The translations under genes were made by a program, and so were the position numbers. The notes under the pieces are model-generated. The model searched no databases, was not told the DNA's origin, and worked only from the letters and a program-made list of their open reading frames with translations. Positions 1 to 8,887 of a stretch of 64,000 nucleotides of DNA are shown here, piece by piece (within the stretch, counting starts at the first letter, position 1; the number at the start of each line of letters is the position of its first letter). Source of the stretch: Acholeplasmataceae bacterium (lineage in GTDB: Bacteria; Bacillota_I; Bacilli_A; ML615J-28; CAG-313); NCBI GenBank assembly GCA_012838945.1, contig DUOG01000051.1, positions 3,845-67,844 of the forward strand. Direction: 5' to 3'.

Positions 1-237
1 ACTTTAGGTATTATTGAAGATATCGTAACCGAAAAAGCACAATTTGAACCATTTGGTTCGTTTGCAGATTTAGAATACTTACCAATTGAAGGTTATCATC
101 CAGACTTTAATGATCCTGAATATGTCAAACAAGTTAAAGACAGAATGAAAGATCGCTTATCATATGTTGAAGATCTTGATGAGTTTAACCGTTTACCTGA
201 AGAAGCACTTGCTGCCATCAAGAAATTAACAGTTTAG
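1..237 (+). CDS. C-terminal fragment of an upstream gene (the 5' end lies outside the window); function not recognised
   Basis: Frame +1 is open from the window edge to a TAA at 235-237 (...RLPEEALAAIKKLTV*). I see no diagnostic motif. Confidence 0.3.
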   Translation, partial: TLGIIEDIVTEKAQFEPFGSFADLEYLPIEGYHPDFNDPEYVKQVKDRMKDRLSYVEDLDEFNRLPEEALAAIKKLTV

Positions 238-248
238 ATTGAATGCAT

Positions 249-290
249 GGAACCATTAGTGAATAATGTACCATTATTTTTAATGGTTCC
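249..290 (+). promoter_or_regulatory. Long nested inverted repeat (17 bp of stem) in the intergenic region upstream of oadA
   Basis: GGAACCATTA-gtg-AATAATG-tac-CATTATT-tt-TAATGGTTCC. No U-tract follows on either strand. Confidence 0.4.
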
Positions 291-311
291 TAAAGATAAA
301 GAGGTGAAAAC

Positions 312-1703
312 ATGCAAGTAAAGATAGTTGATACATCATTAAGAGATGGGCATCAATCACTGATTGCAACCAGAATGACGACTGATGAGATTCTAAGTGT
401 CCTTCCTGAAATTGATGAAATTGGATATTATGCTCTTGAAGTTTGGGGTGGTGCTACTTTTGATAGTTGTTTGCGCTTTTTAAATGAAGACCCATGGGAA
501 AGACTTCGGGCTATCAAAGCAAAGACTAAAAAGACTAAACTCCAAATGTTACTTCGAGGACAAAACTTATTGGGATATCGTAATTATCCTGATGATATTG
601 TTAATCTATTTGTAAAAAAAGCCATTGAAAATGGTATTGATATTATTCGTGTATTTGATGCTTTAAATGATATTAGAAATTTAGAGGAATCAGTAGCGGC
701 TATTAAAAAGTATGGGGGCGAATGTCAAATTGCTTTATCCTATACTACTAGTCCAGTTCATACACTTGACTATTATGTTGACCTAGCTCAAAAGGTAGAA
801 AAACTTGGAGCGGATTCGCTTTGTATTAAAGATATGGCTGGAGTCTTACTCCCTAATGATGCTTATGAATTAGTATCTAGACTTAAAGCAACCATTAATA
901 TTCCGATTGAACTCCATACCCACTCTACTGGTGGGGTTGCAGAAATGACGATTATGAAAGCAATTGAAGCTGGAGTTGATATTGTTGATACTGCTTTATC
1001 ACCATTTGGCAGTGGTACCAGTCAACCGACTAGTGAATCAATTCAATATGCGTTAATGGGTAGTAAATATGACCCTAAACTAAACATAGAAAAGATGAAT
1101 GAAGCAGCTGAAAAATTGGCTAAAATTCGTGATCGCTATTTAGAATCAGGAACGCTTAATGTTAAAGCATTAATGCAAAATCCTAATATTTTAAAATATC
1201 AAGTTCCTGGAGGAATGCTATCTAATCTAATGAGTCAATTAAAAAATCAAGGAGCAATTGACAAATTAGAAGATGTTTTAAAAGAAGTGCCAAGGGTAAG
1301 AGCAGATTTAGGCTATCCACCATTGGTTACACCATTATCACAAATGGTTGGCACTCAAGCAGTTATTAACGTCTTATCCGGAGAGCGTTATAAAATGATT
1401 CCTAATGAAATTAAGGAATATGTTAAGGGTTTATATGGAACACCACCAGCGCCAATTAGTGATGAAATGCGTAAATTAATCATCGGTGATGAGGAAGTTA
1501 TTACTTACCGACCAGCCGATAAATTAAAGCCTCAATTTGAGGAAATTAAGAAAAATTATCAAGATTTAGTAAGTAGTGATGAAGATGTCTTATCAATAGC
1601 TTTATTTGAAAGCGTAGCGGTTCCTTTTTTAAAGAACCGAAAAAGTGTTGTATCTTCGCCAAGTAAAGTTGATGAAGTTGTAGAAATAAATTTATATATA
1701 TAA
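312..1703 (+). CDS. oadA: Na+-translocating oxaloacetate decarboxylase alpha subunit (5S-type carboxyltransferase, TIM-barrel). It has no C-terminal biotinyl domain.
   Basis: Carries the HTHSTGG metal/substrate motif and LRDGHQS of the pyruvate-carboxylase/OadA carboxyltransferase fold. At 463 aa it ends before any AMKM biotin motif. Confidence 0.8.
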   Translation: MQVKIVDTSLRDGHQSLIATRMTTDEILSVLPEIDEIGYYALEVWGGATFDSCLRFLNEDPWERLRAIKAKTKKTKLQMLLRGQNLLGYRNYPDDIVNLFVKKAIENGIDIIRVFDALNDIRNLEESVAAIKKYGGECQIALSYTTSPVHTLDYYVDLAQKVEKLGADSLCIKDMAGVLLPNDAYELVSRLKATINIPIELHTHSTGGVAEMTIMKAIEAGVDIVDTALSPFGSGTSQPTSESIQYALMGSKYDPKLNIEKMNEAAEKLAKIRDRYLESGTLNVKALMQNPNILKYQVPGGMLSNLMSQLKNQGAIDKLEDVLKEVPRVRADLGYPPLVTPLSQMVGTQAVINVLSGERYKMIPNEIKEYVKGLYGTPPAPISDEMRKLIIGDEEVITYRPADKLKPQFEEIKKNYQDLVSSDEDVLSIALFESVAVPFLKNRKSVVSSPSKVDEVVEINLYI

Positions 1704-1716
1704 AGTAGGTGAATGA

Positions 1717-2031
1717 ATGTTGTTTCTAGCAATCGTAGATAAAAGTGAATATATTTCAATTCCTAGAGCAATTGGGATTGCTTTAAATTCGATGTTGATT
1801 GTTTTTGGAATATTAGTTTTAATATGGTTATCGGTAGTACTCATTAAATATGTTCAACTACCAAGATCCAATAAACCAAAGGACGACCAACCTGTTAAAA
1901 ACCAACCAACCATTACTAAAAGTGTCGAAATTAAAGATGATGATATGATGGCTGCTGTGCTTGCAGCAACCATTGATTTTAACAAAGAAACGGGAAAAGA
2001 CGCTAAACTAATTTCCGTTCGCGAGCTTTAA
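1717..2031 (+). CDS. Small membrane subunit, OadG/gamma-like
   Basis: One N-terminal TM helix followed by a charged tail with an Ala-rich AAVLAATI segment. It sits between the alpha and biotin-carrier genes. Confidence 0.45.
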   Translation: MLFLAIVDKSEYISIPRAIGIALNSMLIVFGILVLIWLSVVLIKYVQLPRSNKPKDDQPVKNQPTITKSVEIKDDDMMAAVLAATIDFNKETGKDAKLISVREL

Positions 2032-2041
2032 GGAGGAAACT

Positions 2042-2371
2042 ATGAAAATCTATAAGATAAAAGTTAATGGCAAACTTTATGAAGTACAATTAGAAAGTGT
2101 TGAAGAAAACGATCAACCAATTGTTCATGAACCTGTTAAAGTGGAACAATCTGCTCAAGGTGAACAAATCTTAGCACCAATGCAAGGAAATATTTTAAGA
2201 GTTGATGTTGAAGTAGGGCAACAAGTTAACAAAGGGGACTGTTTATTAATCTTAGAAGCTATGAAATTAGAAAATGAAATTCTAGCTCCAGTAAGTGGAC
2301 GAGTTGTTCAAGTAGCAGTCAGTAAAGGCCAAACTGTCAATACCAACGATCTCTTGGTTGTGTTAGGATAG
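2042..2371 (+). CDS. Biotin carboxyl carrier subunit of the decarboxylase (separate biotinyl protein)
   Basis: EAMKLEN biotinylation motif inside a ~70-aa lipoyl/biotinyl fold; an RBS GGAGG lies upstream. Confidence 0.8.
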   Translation: MKIYKIKVNGKLYEVQLESVEENDQPIVHEPVKVEQSAQGEQILAPMQGNILRVDVEVGQQVNKGDCLLILEAMKLENEILAPVSGRVVQVAVSKGQTVNTNDLLVVLG

Positions 2372-2375
2372 AACT

Positions 2376-3509
2376 ATGAAAGAATTCTTTATTGAAATAG
2401 GTCAAACCTTTAGTGAGTTTTTCAAAAGCACCGGTATAGCTGGGCTTGATATTCCTAGTATTATTATGATGATAGTGGCCTTAGTTTTGATCTATTTAGC
2501 TATCACCAAAGAATTTGAACCATATTTGTTAATACCGATTGCGATTGGTATGCTACTCGTTAACTTTCCTGGAAATCAACTATTGAATAAAAATGATGAT
2601 GGATTTTTAGCCTTTATTCAAGATGGATTAAAAGTCTATCCACAATTGATCTTTTTAGCAGTTGGTGCTACTACTGACTTTGGACCACTAATGGCCAATC
2701 CTAAAAGTGTTATCTTAGGGGGAGCCGCTCAAGTAGGTATTTTCATTACCCTAATTGGAGCAGTCATTTTAGGATTCAATGCTGGTGAAGCAGCTGCGAT
2801 TGGAATCATTGGTGGAGCCGATGGCCCAACCTCAATTTATATTTCACAATTGTTTGCGCCCAACTTACTATCAGCCATCACTGTTTCGGCTTACTCTTAT
2901 ATGGCGCTAGTACCAATTATTCAACCGTTTATCATTAAACTAATGACGACTAAAAAAGAACGTATGATTCATATGCCTCAAGTTCGTGAAGTTAGTCAAT
3001 TTGAACGAATTGTCTTTCCGATAATTGTTATGATTATTGTTATCTTAATCATTCCATCAACTGCTTCCTTAATTGGGATGTTGATGTTTGGGAACTTGAT
3101 TAAAGAATCAGGTGTTGTTTCTAAACTAACAGAAACCGCTGGAAATGCGTTATTATATATCATTACCATCTTACTAGGCTTAAGTGTCGGTGCCCAAGCC
3201 TCCGCAGCAAACTTCTTAAACTTCGAAACGCTTAAGATTTTAGCATTAGGACTTTTTGCCTTCTCAATGGCAACAGCTTGTGGTGTATTAGGTGGTAAAG
3301 TTATGAATGTTATTACAAAGGGTAACTTTAATCCAATGATTGGAGCCGCAGGTGTATCAGCCATGCCAATGGCGGCCCGGGTTGTTCACAAACTTGGACA
3401 AGAAGAAGACCCATCAAACTTCTTATTGATGCACGCAATGGGAACCAATGTTGCGGGACAAGTTGGTTCAGCCGTAGCCGCTGGTGTCATCTTGGCCCTC
3501 TTTGCCTAA
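2376..3509 (+). CDS. oadB: Oxaloacetate decarboxylase beta subunit (Na+-pumping membrane subunit)
   Basis: A polytopic membrane protein of the OadB/GcdB/MmdB family. It is positionally coupled to the carboxyltransferase and biotin-carrier genes. Confidence 0.8.
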   Translation: MKEFFIEIGQTFSEFFKSTGIAGLDIPSIIMMIVALVLIYLAITKEFEPYLLIPIAIGMLLVNFPGNQLLNKNDDGFLAFIQDGLKVYPQLIFLAVGATTDFGPLMANPKSVILGGAAQVGIFITLIGAVILGFNAGEAAAIGIIGGADGPTSIYISQLFAPNLLSAITVSAYSYMALVPIIQPFIIKLMTTKKERMIHMPQVREVSQFERIVFPIIVMIIVILIIPSTASLIGMLMFGNLIKESGVVSKLTETAGNALLYIITILLGLSVGAQASAANFLNFETLKILALGLFAFSMATACGVLGGKVMNVITKGNFNPMIGAAGVSAMPMAARVVHKLGQEEDPSNFLLMHAMGTNVAGQVGSAVAAGVILALFA

Positions 3510-3510
3510 G

Positions 3511-4068
3511 ATGAAGACAAGGCGGGTTGCGACTCAAGCAATTCTGCTTTCATTGCTAATTGTTTCAGCCTTTATTAAAATTCCCACATCACTGATACCT
3601 TTCACATTACAACTCCTGGTAGTTTTAATTATTTCATTTATCACCAAGCCCCTTGATGGTATGATTATTTTTGTAACTTATATTATCATAGGGCTCGTGG
3701 GAATACCTGTTTTTGCGAGTGGGGGTGGACTGGGTTATATCTATCTACCCTCATTTGGTTTTATTATAGGCTTTATCATAATGCATTTAGTAATGAGTTT
3801 AATGAGTCGCTTTTTGAAAAGATTTAAGAAAGTAGTAGGCTACTTGATAAGTTCAATCATCGGCCTAATTACTCTTTATCTAGTAGGAATTATTTATGCC
3901 CTCTTCATCTTCAATGTTTATCAAGATTTGGGCTACTCAATTATTAAAATTCTAAACTTAATGGTGCTACCATTTATCGCATTTGATTTGATCAAATGTT
4001 TGCTTGCATCAATTATCGTTTCTCGTTTAGATAAAATAATTAACATAAGAGGGGATTATGGAATTTAA
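3511..4068 (+). CDS. bioY: Biotin transporter BioY (ECF S-component)
   Basis: About 185 aa with 5-6 TM helices and a BioY-like sequence. The ATG at 3511 follows the oadB stop directly; the ORF-track start at 3484 overlaps oadB. Confidence 0.7.
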   Translation: MKTRRVATQAILLSLLIVSAFIKIPTSLIPFTLQLLVVLIISFITKPLDGMIIFVTYIIIGLVGIPVFASGGGLGYIYLPSFGFIIGFIIMHLVMSLMSRFLKRFKKVVGYLISSIIGLITLYLVGIIYALFIFNVYQDLGYSIIKILNLMVLPFIAFDLIKCLLASIIVSRLDKIINIRGDYGI

Positions 4069-4780
4069 GATTATACATTTTGATGAAATTGACTCAACCA
4101 ATACATTTTTAAAACAAAATTATAATGCATACTTGGAAGGAACGGTTATTACAACTGATTATCAAAAACAAGGGTACGGCCGGATGGGGCGAGTCTGGGT
4201 CGATCAAAAGCAAAAAAATTTAACCTTTTCACTCCTCTTATATCCGAAATTTGAAAAGACAATCCTTTCTCAAATTACCCCGCTTACGGGTGTTAGTCTC
4301 TTTAAAGTACTAAAAGAAACCGTTCCTAATCTTTCAATAAAATGGCCCAATGATTTACTAGCGGGCACTAAAAAACTAGCCGGTATTTTAACCGAGGCCA
4401 TCTTTAATGGTAATGATTTAAAAGCTTTGATTATTGGGATTGGCATCAACGTCAATTCAACCAATTTTCCTCAACCTCTAGCGGATAAAACAACTTCAAT
4501 TGTTTTAGAAACAAACCAAGAAGTTGACAAAGACCTTTTACTTGATGAGATCTTGGCTAGCTTTAAGAAGCACTACTTGGCTTTTTTAAAGGGGGACCGG
4601 AGTTATCTTAAGGTCTTTAAAGAAAACTTTCGATACCTTCATCAAGAAGTAGATATAATTCAAAATGAAGTTATCAAAAGGGTTAAAATTATTGATGTTT
4701 TGGATAATGGCAACCTACTGGTAGAGTCTTCTGGTAAAACCTATGAAGTCACCTCAGGTGAGATTTCCCTCAATCGCTAG
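4058..4780 (+). CDS. birA: Biotin--[acetyl-CoA-carboxylase] ligase BirA, group I (no N-terminal HTH)
   Basis: Shows QKQGYGRMGRVW (the GRGRRGRxW biotin-binding loop variant) and KWPNDLL, with a C-terminal SH3-like tail. The start overlaps the bioY end by 11 nt. Confidence 0.85.
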   Translation: MEFKIIHFDEIDSTNTFLKQNYNAYLEGTVITTDYQKQGYGRMGRVWVDQKQKNLTFSLLLYPKFEKTILSQITPLTGVSLFKVLKETVPNLSIKWPNDLLAGTKKLAGILTEAIFNGNDLKALIIGIGINVNSTNFPQPLADKTTSIVLETNQEVDKDLLLDEILASFKKHYLAFLKGDRSYLKVFKENFRYLHQEVDIIQNEVIKRVKIIDVLDNGNLLVESSGKTYEVTSGEISLNR

Positions 4781-4858
4781 CAATTTTTTACAAGATAATT
4801 TTTTTTGAATTAATAAATGAAATAGAGTATAATGAGGATGGGAAAGGAATTGATTGTT

Positions 4859-5449
4859 ATGGATCTAAGGTGCCGAGATGGCTGGATTGAAGTTATTTGT
4901 GGAAGTATGTTTGCGGGGAAAACGGAAGAACTAATCCGCAGAGTTCGTCGCATAGAATATGCCAAAAAAGAAATTGTTGTATTTAAACCAATTATTGATA
5001 ATCGCTATAGTAATGATGAAGTTGTCTCCCATCTCAATAATCGTACAAAGTCGATTCCGATTGAAAAGGCGAGTGAAGTATGGGATCATTTATCAAAACT
5101 TCCCTATGCGGTAGCCTTTGATGAAGCGCAATTTTTCGATGAAGGTTTAGTGGTCATTTGTGAACAACTAGCTAATCGTGGTGTTCGGGTAATTGTTGCT
5201 GGACTGGACCGAGATTTCAGGGGAGAACCATTTGGGGTTATGCCTAAACTACTAGCACGGGCTGAATATGTCACTAAACTTCAAGCCATTTGTCAAGTGT
5301 GCGGTGAACCAGCTACTAGAACTCAACGAATCATCAATGGTGAGCCGGCTCACTATAATGATGAGATAATCCTTGTTAGCGCTAAAGAAAAATATGAACC
5401 GCGTTGTCGCCATTGCCATCAAGTGCCAGGAGCACCAGATGAAAAATAG
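4859..5449 (+). CDS. tdk: Thymidine kinase
   Basis: [22 protein letters not shown]-loop and a C-terminal Zn ribbon (CQVCG...CRHCH). The N-terminus ([12 protein letters not shown]) aligns best at 4859; a TATAAT at about 4826 would place the transcript start after the 4832 ATG. Confidence 0.85.
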   Translation: MDLRCRDGWIEVICGSMFAGKTEELIRRVRRIEYAKKEIVVFKPIIDNRYSNDEVVSHLNNRTKSIPIEKASEVWDHLSKLPYAVAFDEAQFFDEGLVVICEQLANRGVRVIVAGLDRDFRGEPFGVMPKLLARAEYVTKLQAICQVCGEPATRTQRIINGEPAHYNDEIILVSAKEKYEPRCRHCHQVPGAPDEK

Positions 5450-5903
5450 AGATGAACACTTCATGCAAATTGCTTTAAAAGAGGCAAAAAAGGCTTATGA
5501 TCAAGGAGAGGTTCCAGTAGGATGTATAATCGTCGCAGGTGATGAAATCATTGCGAGAGCGCATAACACTCGCCAGAATAATCATGATCCTTTAGGACAC
5601 GCTGAAGTAAAAGCTATTCAAAAAGCAGCCAAGAAACGAAATGCTTGGATTTTAGATGATTGTGAACTATATGTAACCCTTGAGCCTTGCTTAATGTGTG
5701 CGGGGGTAATATTACAATCACGCATCAAAAGAGTGGTATTTGGTGCCTTTGAGCCTAAATTTGGTGTTTTAGGAAGTACCATTAATATTTATGAAGCAGC
5801 TACCTTTAATCACCAAGTAGAAGTAAAAAGCGGTGTCTTGGAAGAAAAATGTTCCTCTTTAATGAAAAACTTCTTTAAAGAGTTAAGAAATAATAAAAAT
5901 TAG
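5439..5903 (+). CDS. tadA: tRNA-specific adenosine deaminase
   Basis: HAEVKAI and PCLMCAG zinc-deaminase motifs. The start overlaps the tdk stop by 11 nt. Confidence 0.85.
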   Translation: MKNRDEHFMQIALKEAKKAYDQGEVPVGCIIVAGDEIIARAHNTRQNNHDPLGHAEVKAIQKAAKKRNAWILDDCELYVTLEPCLMCAGVILQSRIKRVVFGAFEPKFGVLGSTINIYEAATFNHQVEVKSGVLEEKCSSLMKNFFKELRNNKN

Positions 5904-5945
5904 TAAAAAAAGGATTTAAAAATACTTTCTAAAAGTTATACTTTA

Positions 5946-5954
5946 TGGTATAAT
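5946..5954 (+). promoter_or_regulatory. Extended -10 promoter (TGgTATAAT) for SRP RNA
   Basis: TGGTATAAT sits about 18 nt upstream of the SRP RNA 5' helix. Confidence 0.45.
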
Positions 5955-5971
5955 AATAATGATCTCATTTT

Positions 5972-6062
5972 AAGTACCTTCATCCAAGGTTACGGTGTGA
6001 ACCAGGTCAGGTCTTGATCGAAGCAGCCTTAAGCATTTGTAACTTGTGGGTGGAGGTACCTA
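5972..6062 (+). ncRNA. ffs: Small SRP RNA (4.5S/scRNA)
   Basis: ACCAGGTCAGGTC...GAAGCAGCC matches the conserved domain-IV core of bacterial SRP RNA (E. coli ACCAGGUCAGGUCCGGAAGGAAGCAGCC), with the same spacing. The terminal helix GUACCUUCAUCCA/UGGGUGGAGGUAC closes the molecule. Confidence 0.75.
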
Positions 6063-6160
6063 AGATGAGATTTTTGCATTTAGATGAGATAATATGATAA
6101 AATATAAATAAATATATTAATATATTTGTTAGATAGATAAAGAAAAAGGAAGATTGAAAC

Positions 6161-7135
6161 GTGAAATTAAAAATAGGAAATGTTGAATTAGAACATAATA
6201 TTGTGCTCGCGCCGATGGCCGGGATTACTAATGAAGCTTTTCGGATTATTTGTCGGCGTTTTGGTGCAGCCTTAGTATATTCAGAAATGATTAGTGATAA
6301 AGGACTCCTTTATCAAAATGAACGTACGCTTAAGATGATTAGCGTTCACCCTGAAGAACATCCAGTAGCCATTCAATTATTTGGTGGAGATATTGAATCA
6401 TTAGTTCAAGCAGCTGAATTTGTTGATCAAAATTCTGATGCTGATATTATTGACCTTAATATGGGATGCCCCGTTAACAAGGTGGTTAAAGGAAAAGGTG
6501 GCGCACACTTTTTAAAAGATCCAGATAAGATCTATGAGGCAGTTAGCGAAATAAAAGCTCGAATAAGTAAGCCACTAACAGTAAAAATTAGAGCAGGTTG
6601 GGATCATCATAGTATCAACTGTGATCAAGTAGCTCGTCTAGTTGAAAAGGCGGGAGCTGATGCTATTACCATTCACGGACGAACTCGTAGTGATTTATAT
6701 TCAGGAACGGTAAATCTTGATTTTATCAAGAGGGTAAAAAACAGTGTTTCGATTCCCGTCATTGGAAATGGTGATATCAAAAGTTATGAAGATGCCAAGA
6801 AGATGTTTGATGAAACTGGTGTTGATGGTGTCATGATTGGAAGAGGTGCCTTAGGTAATCCGTGGATCTTTAAGGAGTTAACTGATTATTTTGAAAAAGG
6901 TTTGTTGCCAAACGAGATTGATGCTGAAGAAAAGATTAGAGTTTTACTAGAACATTTAGATTTATTGATTGGAATTAAAGGTGAAAAAAGAGCAGTATTA
7001 GAAATGCGCTCTCAAGCCGCCTGGTATTTTAAACACCTGCCTCACAGTAAAAGTGCTCGTCAAGGTTTAAGTAAAATTCAAACCAAAGAAGATTTAGTTA
7101 ATATCTGTCAGGAGTACTTAAAACAAAGGTATTAA
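6161..7135 (+). CDS. dusB: tRNA-dihydrouridine synthase
   Basis: GTG start; VLAPMAGITNEAFR and the Dus FMN TIM-barrel motifs (NMGCP, catalytic Cys region). Confidence 0.85.
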   Translation: MKLKIGNVELEHNIVLAPMAGITNEAFRIICRRFGAALVYSEMISDKGLLYQNERTLKMISVHPEEHPVAIQLFGGDIESLVQAAEFVDQNSDADIIDLNMGCPVNKVVKGKGGAHFLKDPDKIYEAVSEIKARISKPLTVKIRAGWDHHSINCDQVARLVEKAGADAITIHGRTRSDLYSGTVNLDFIKRVKNSVSIPVIGNGDIKSYEDAKKMFDETGVDGVMIGRGALGNPWIFKELTDYFEKGLLPNEIDAEEKIRVLLEHLDLLIGIKGEKRAVLEMRSQAAWYFKHLPHSKSARQGLSKIQTKEDLVNICQEYLKQRY

Positions 7136-7170
7136 TTTTAAAACCCAATAATATACTTTATTAGAAGAAG

Positions 7171-7203
7171 ATAGTCATATAGCGTTGCTTTTGACTATTT
7201 TTC
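7171..7203 (+). terminator. Weak intrinsic terminator after dusB
   Basis: ATAGTCA-13 nt-TGACTAT followed by TTTTTC. Confidence 0.35.
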
Positions 7204-7227
7204 ATTTAGTATAAGGATGGGTTACGT

Positions 7228-8082
7228 ATGAAAAGAATATTATCATTTTTGTTGGTGTTATTGGTCCTACTGATATATGGATGCAAGCCCAAAGAACACA
7301 CATATCCTGATTTTAGTGCCATTGGCCGCATCAATGTGGTCCAAGACGTCAATGAAAGTACCAAAGCTACGCTAAGGTTATTCACAACCAAAAAATATAA
7401 TCAAATAAAGGTCAATAAAATTGACAGCCCCGAGCCATTCCAGTGGAGCATCAGTGAACCAAAAAAAGTTGTTGTTAAAAAAGGTAATCAAAAACATCAT
7501 AGCTATTATTATACGATTACCATTACTTTTGAAGGTCCCGCCCACTTTTCTAAAGTAGAGTTATCGCTTGATGATGTAGTTAAAACCTATAATATCGGAA
7601 GATTTGAATGTAAAGAAATGCTTGGATATGAAACGGATGATGACGTCAAAGTTTATTTTGATATTCCTTTTGAATGTTATCAACAACCATTTGTCACTAA
7701 TGCCCTTATTTATGTGAGGGTTCAAAATGAAAGTGAGATACCGATCGAACTAGTATCATTAAAAAGTTTAGAAACCAACTCTGAATATGAGATTGATGTG
7801 ATGAAAAGTAATCTACAGCGCCACGAGTTAGATAAGGGTGAGGATACGGAGGCAACATATTTTAATCTGGGGGTATTTACAGATGACTTGATGATGCTTG
7901 AAACCCTCTTTGAGTTACAGTATATCAAAGGTGGCAAACTATGCAAAAAAGTGTTGAAGTGTTCCCTAGGACTGATGCCAGAAGTAATTGATAGTGAGAT
8001 TTTGCCGATACATGTGGAACTGGACTATTTAAATAATGGGAAAGTGTGTACCCTTGAAGAAGAGTTATCGAATTCTCATTAG
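7228..8082 (+). CDS. Lipoprotein, function unknown
   Basis: Signal peptide with lipobox LIYGC; the mature N-terminus GCKPKEHTYPDFSAIGRINVV. Confidence 0.55.
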   Translation: MKRILSFLLVLLVLLIYGCKPKEHTYPDFSAIGRINVVQDVNESTKATLRLFTTKKYNQIKVNKIDSPEPFQWSISEPKKVVVKKGNQKHHSYYYTITITFEGPAHFSKVELSLDDVVKTYNIGRFECKEMLGYETDDDVKVYFDIPFECYQQPFVTNALIYVRVQNESEIPIELVSLKSLETNSEYEIDVMKSNLQRHELDKGEDTEATYFNLGVFTDDLMMLETLFELQYIKGGKLCKKVLKCSLGLMPEVIDSEILPIHVELDYLNNGKVCTLEEELSNSH

Positions 8083-8854
8083 TTTATGCGTGCTACTTTG
8101 TATATTTGCTATCGCTGGTTGTAGTAAGCCAAAAGCTACCCTTCCTAGTGACTTTATTGGGGTAACTAAAGTTGAAGTGATTGATTATCTTCAAAATAAA
8201 AGTCATCAATTTAAATTTTTAGTCTTTACCTCTACTGACAATGAGTTAATTGATGGGTTTAAAAATAAATATATTGATAAGTTAGTAATTAATCGTTTGC
8301 CTCATATTTACTTAATTGATAATAATGAACAATACCTTAGTTCGATGTATGAAGTAACCGTTTCGGTAAAACCTATGGTTTGTCAGTTTCAAACGATAAA
8401 GTTATCTTTTAAAAATGGAGTTAAGGAGATTCCCTTTGGTTATTATGAAAACATTGATTTACCTCATTCAGAAAATCAAATTGATGTTAACTTATATTAT
8501 GATTTAAAATCAAACAATAATATCTATGACATGCAACTAATTATTCATAACTACCGGATGAGTGATGTTTACTTAAACCAAATAAACTTTGTTGATAAGG
8601 AAAATTCAGATCGGTTTGTTATGGCTCCCCTTACCGATAATATTATCATCTCTGATAATATCAAAATTATTTCCAACATTAAGTTAGAAGTCCCAAATAA
8701 CACCTTTTATAATAAAGGTTTAATCAACTTAAAGTTTGTTACTGATCATTTAGAATTTGAACAACCAGCGGTATATTTGGTTGATAATCTTCCAGATTAT
8801 TATCAATTAAAAGAATCGGGAATCGAATTAAATAGATTAATTATTCCAAGATAA
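8054..8854 (+). CDS. Lipoprotein, a paralog of the preceding gene
   Basis: Lipobox IAGCS. The mature N-terminus GCSKPKATLPSDFIGVTKVEV parallels the upstream gene. A TTG at 8054 gives a canonical signal peptide (KKSYRILISL...). Confidence 0.5.
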   Translation: MKKSYRILISLCVLLCIFAIAGCSKPKATLPSDFIGVTKVEVIDYLQNKSHQFKFLVFTSTDNELIDGFKNKYIDKLVINRLPHIYLIDNNEQYLSSMYEVTVSVKPMVCQFQTIKLSFKNGVKEIPFGYYENIDLPHSENQIDVNLYYDLKSNNNIYDMQLIIHNYRMSDVYLNQINFVDKENSDRFVMAPLTDNIIISDNIKIISNIKLEVPNNTFYNKGLINLKFVTDHLEFEQPAVYLVDNLPDYYQLKESGIELNRLIIPR

Positions 8855-8887
8855 AAAGGAGAGACTAAATTTGATCTCTCCTTTTGC

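Noticed and set aside
1559-1759. Short antisense ORFs inside well-supported genes (for example 1559-1759, 2996-3364, 4270-4464, 5252-5464, 9330-9542, 9806-10072, 17281-17493, 25501-25716, 37471-37689, 48153-48380, 48570-48986, 51654-51887, 59375-59800, 60736-60951, 61505-61732, 63012-63221)
   Set aside because: They lie wholly within, and opposite to, conserved protein-coding genes. They have low-complexity translations, no RBS and no recognisable domains. They look like typical AT-rich-genome artefacts.
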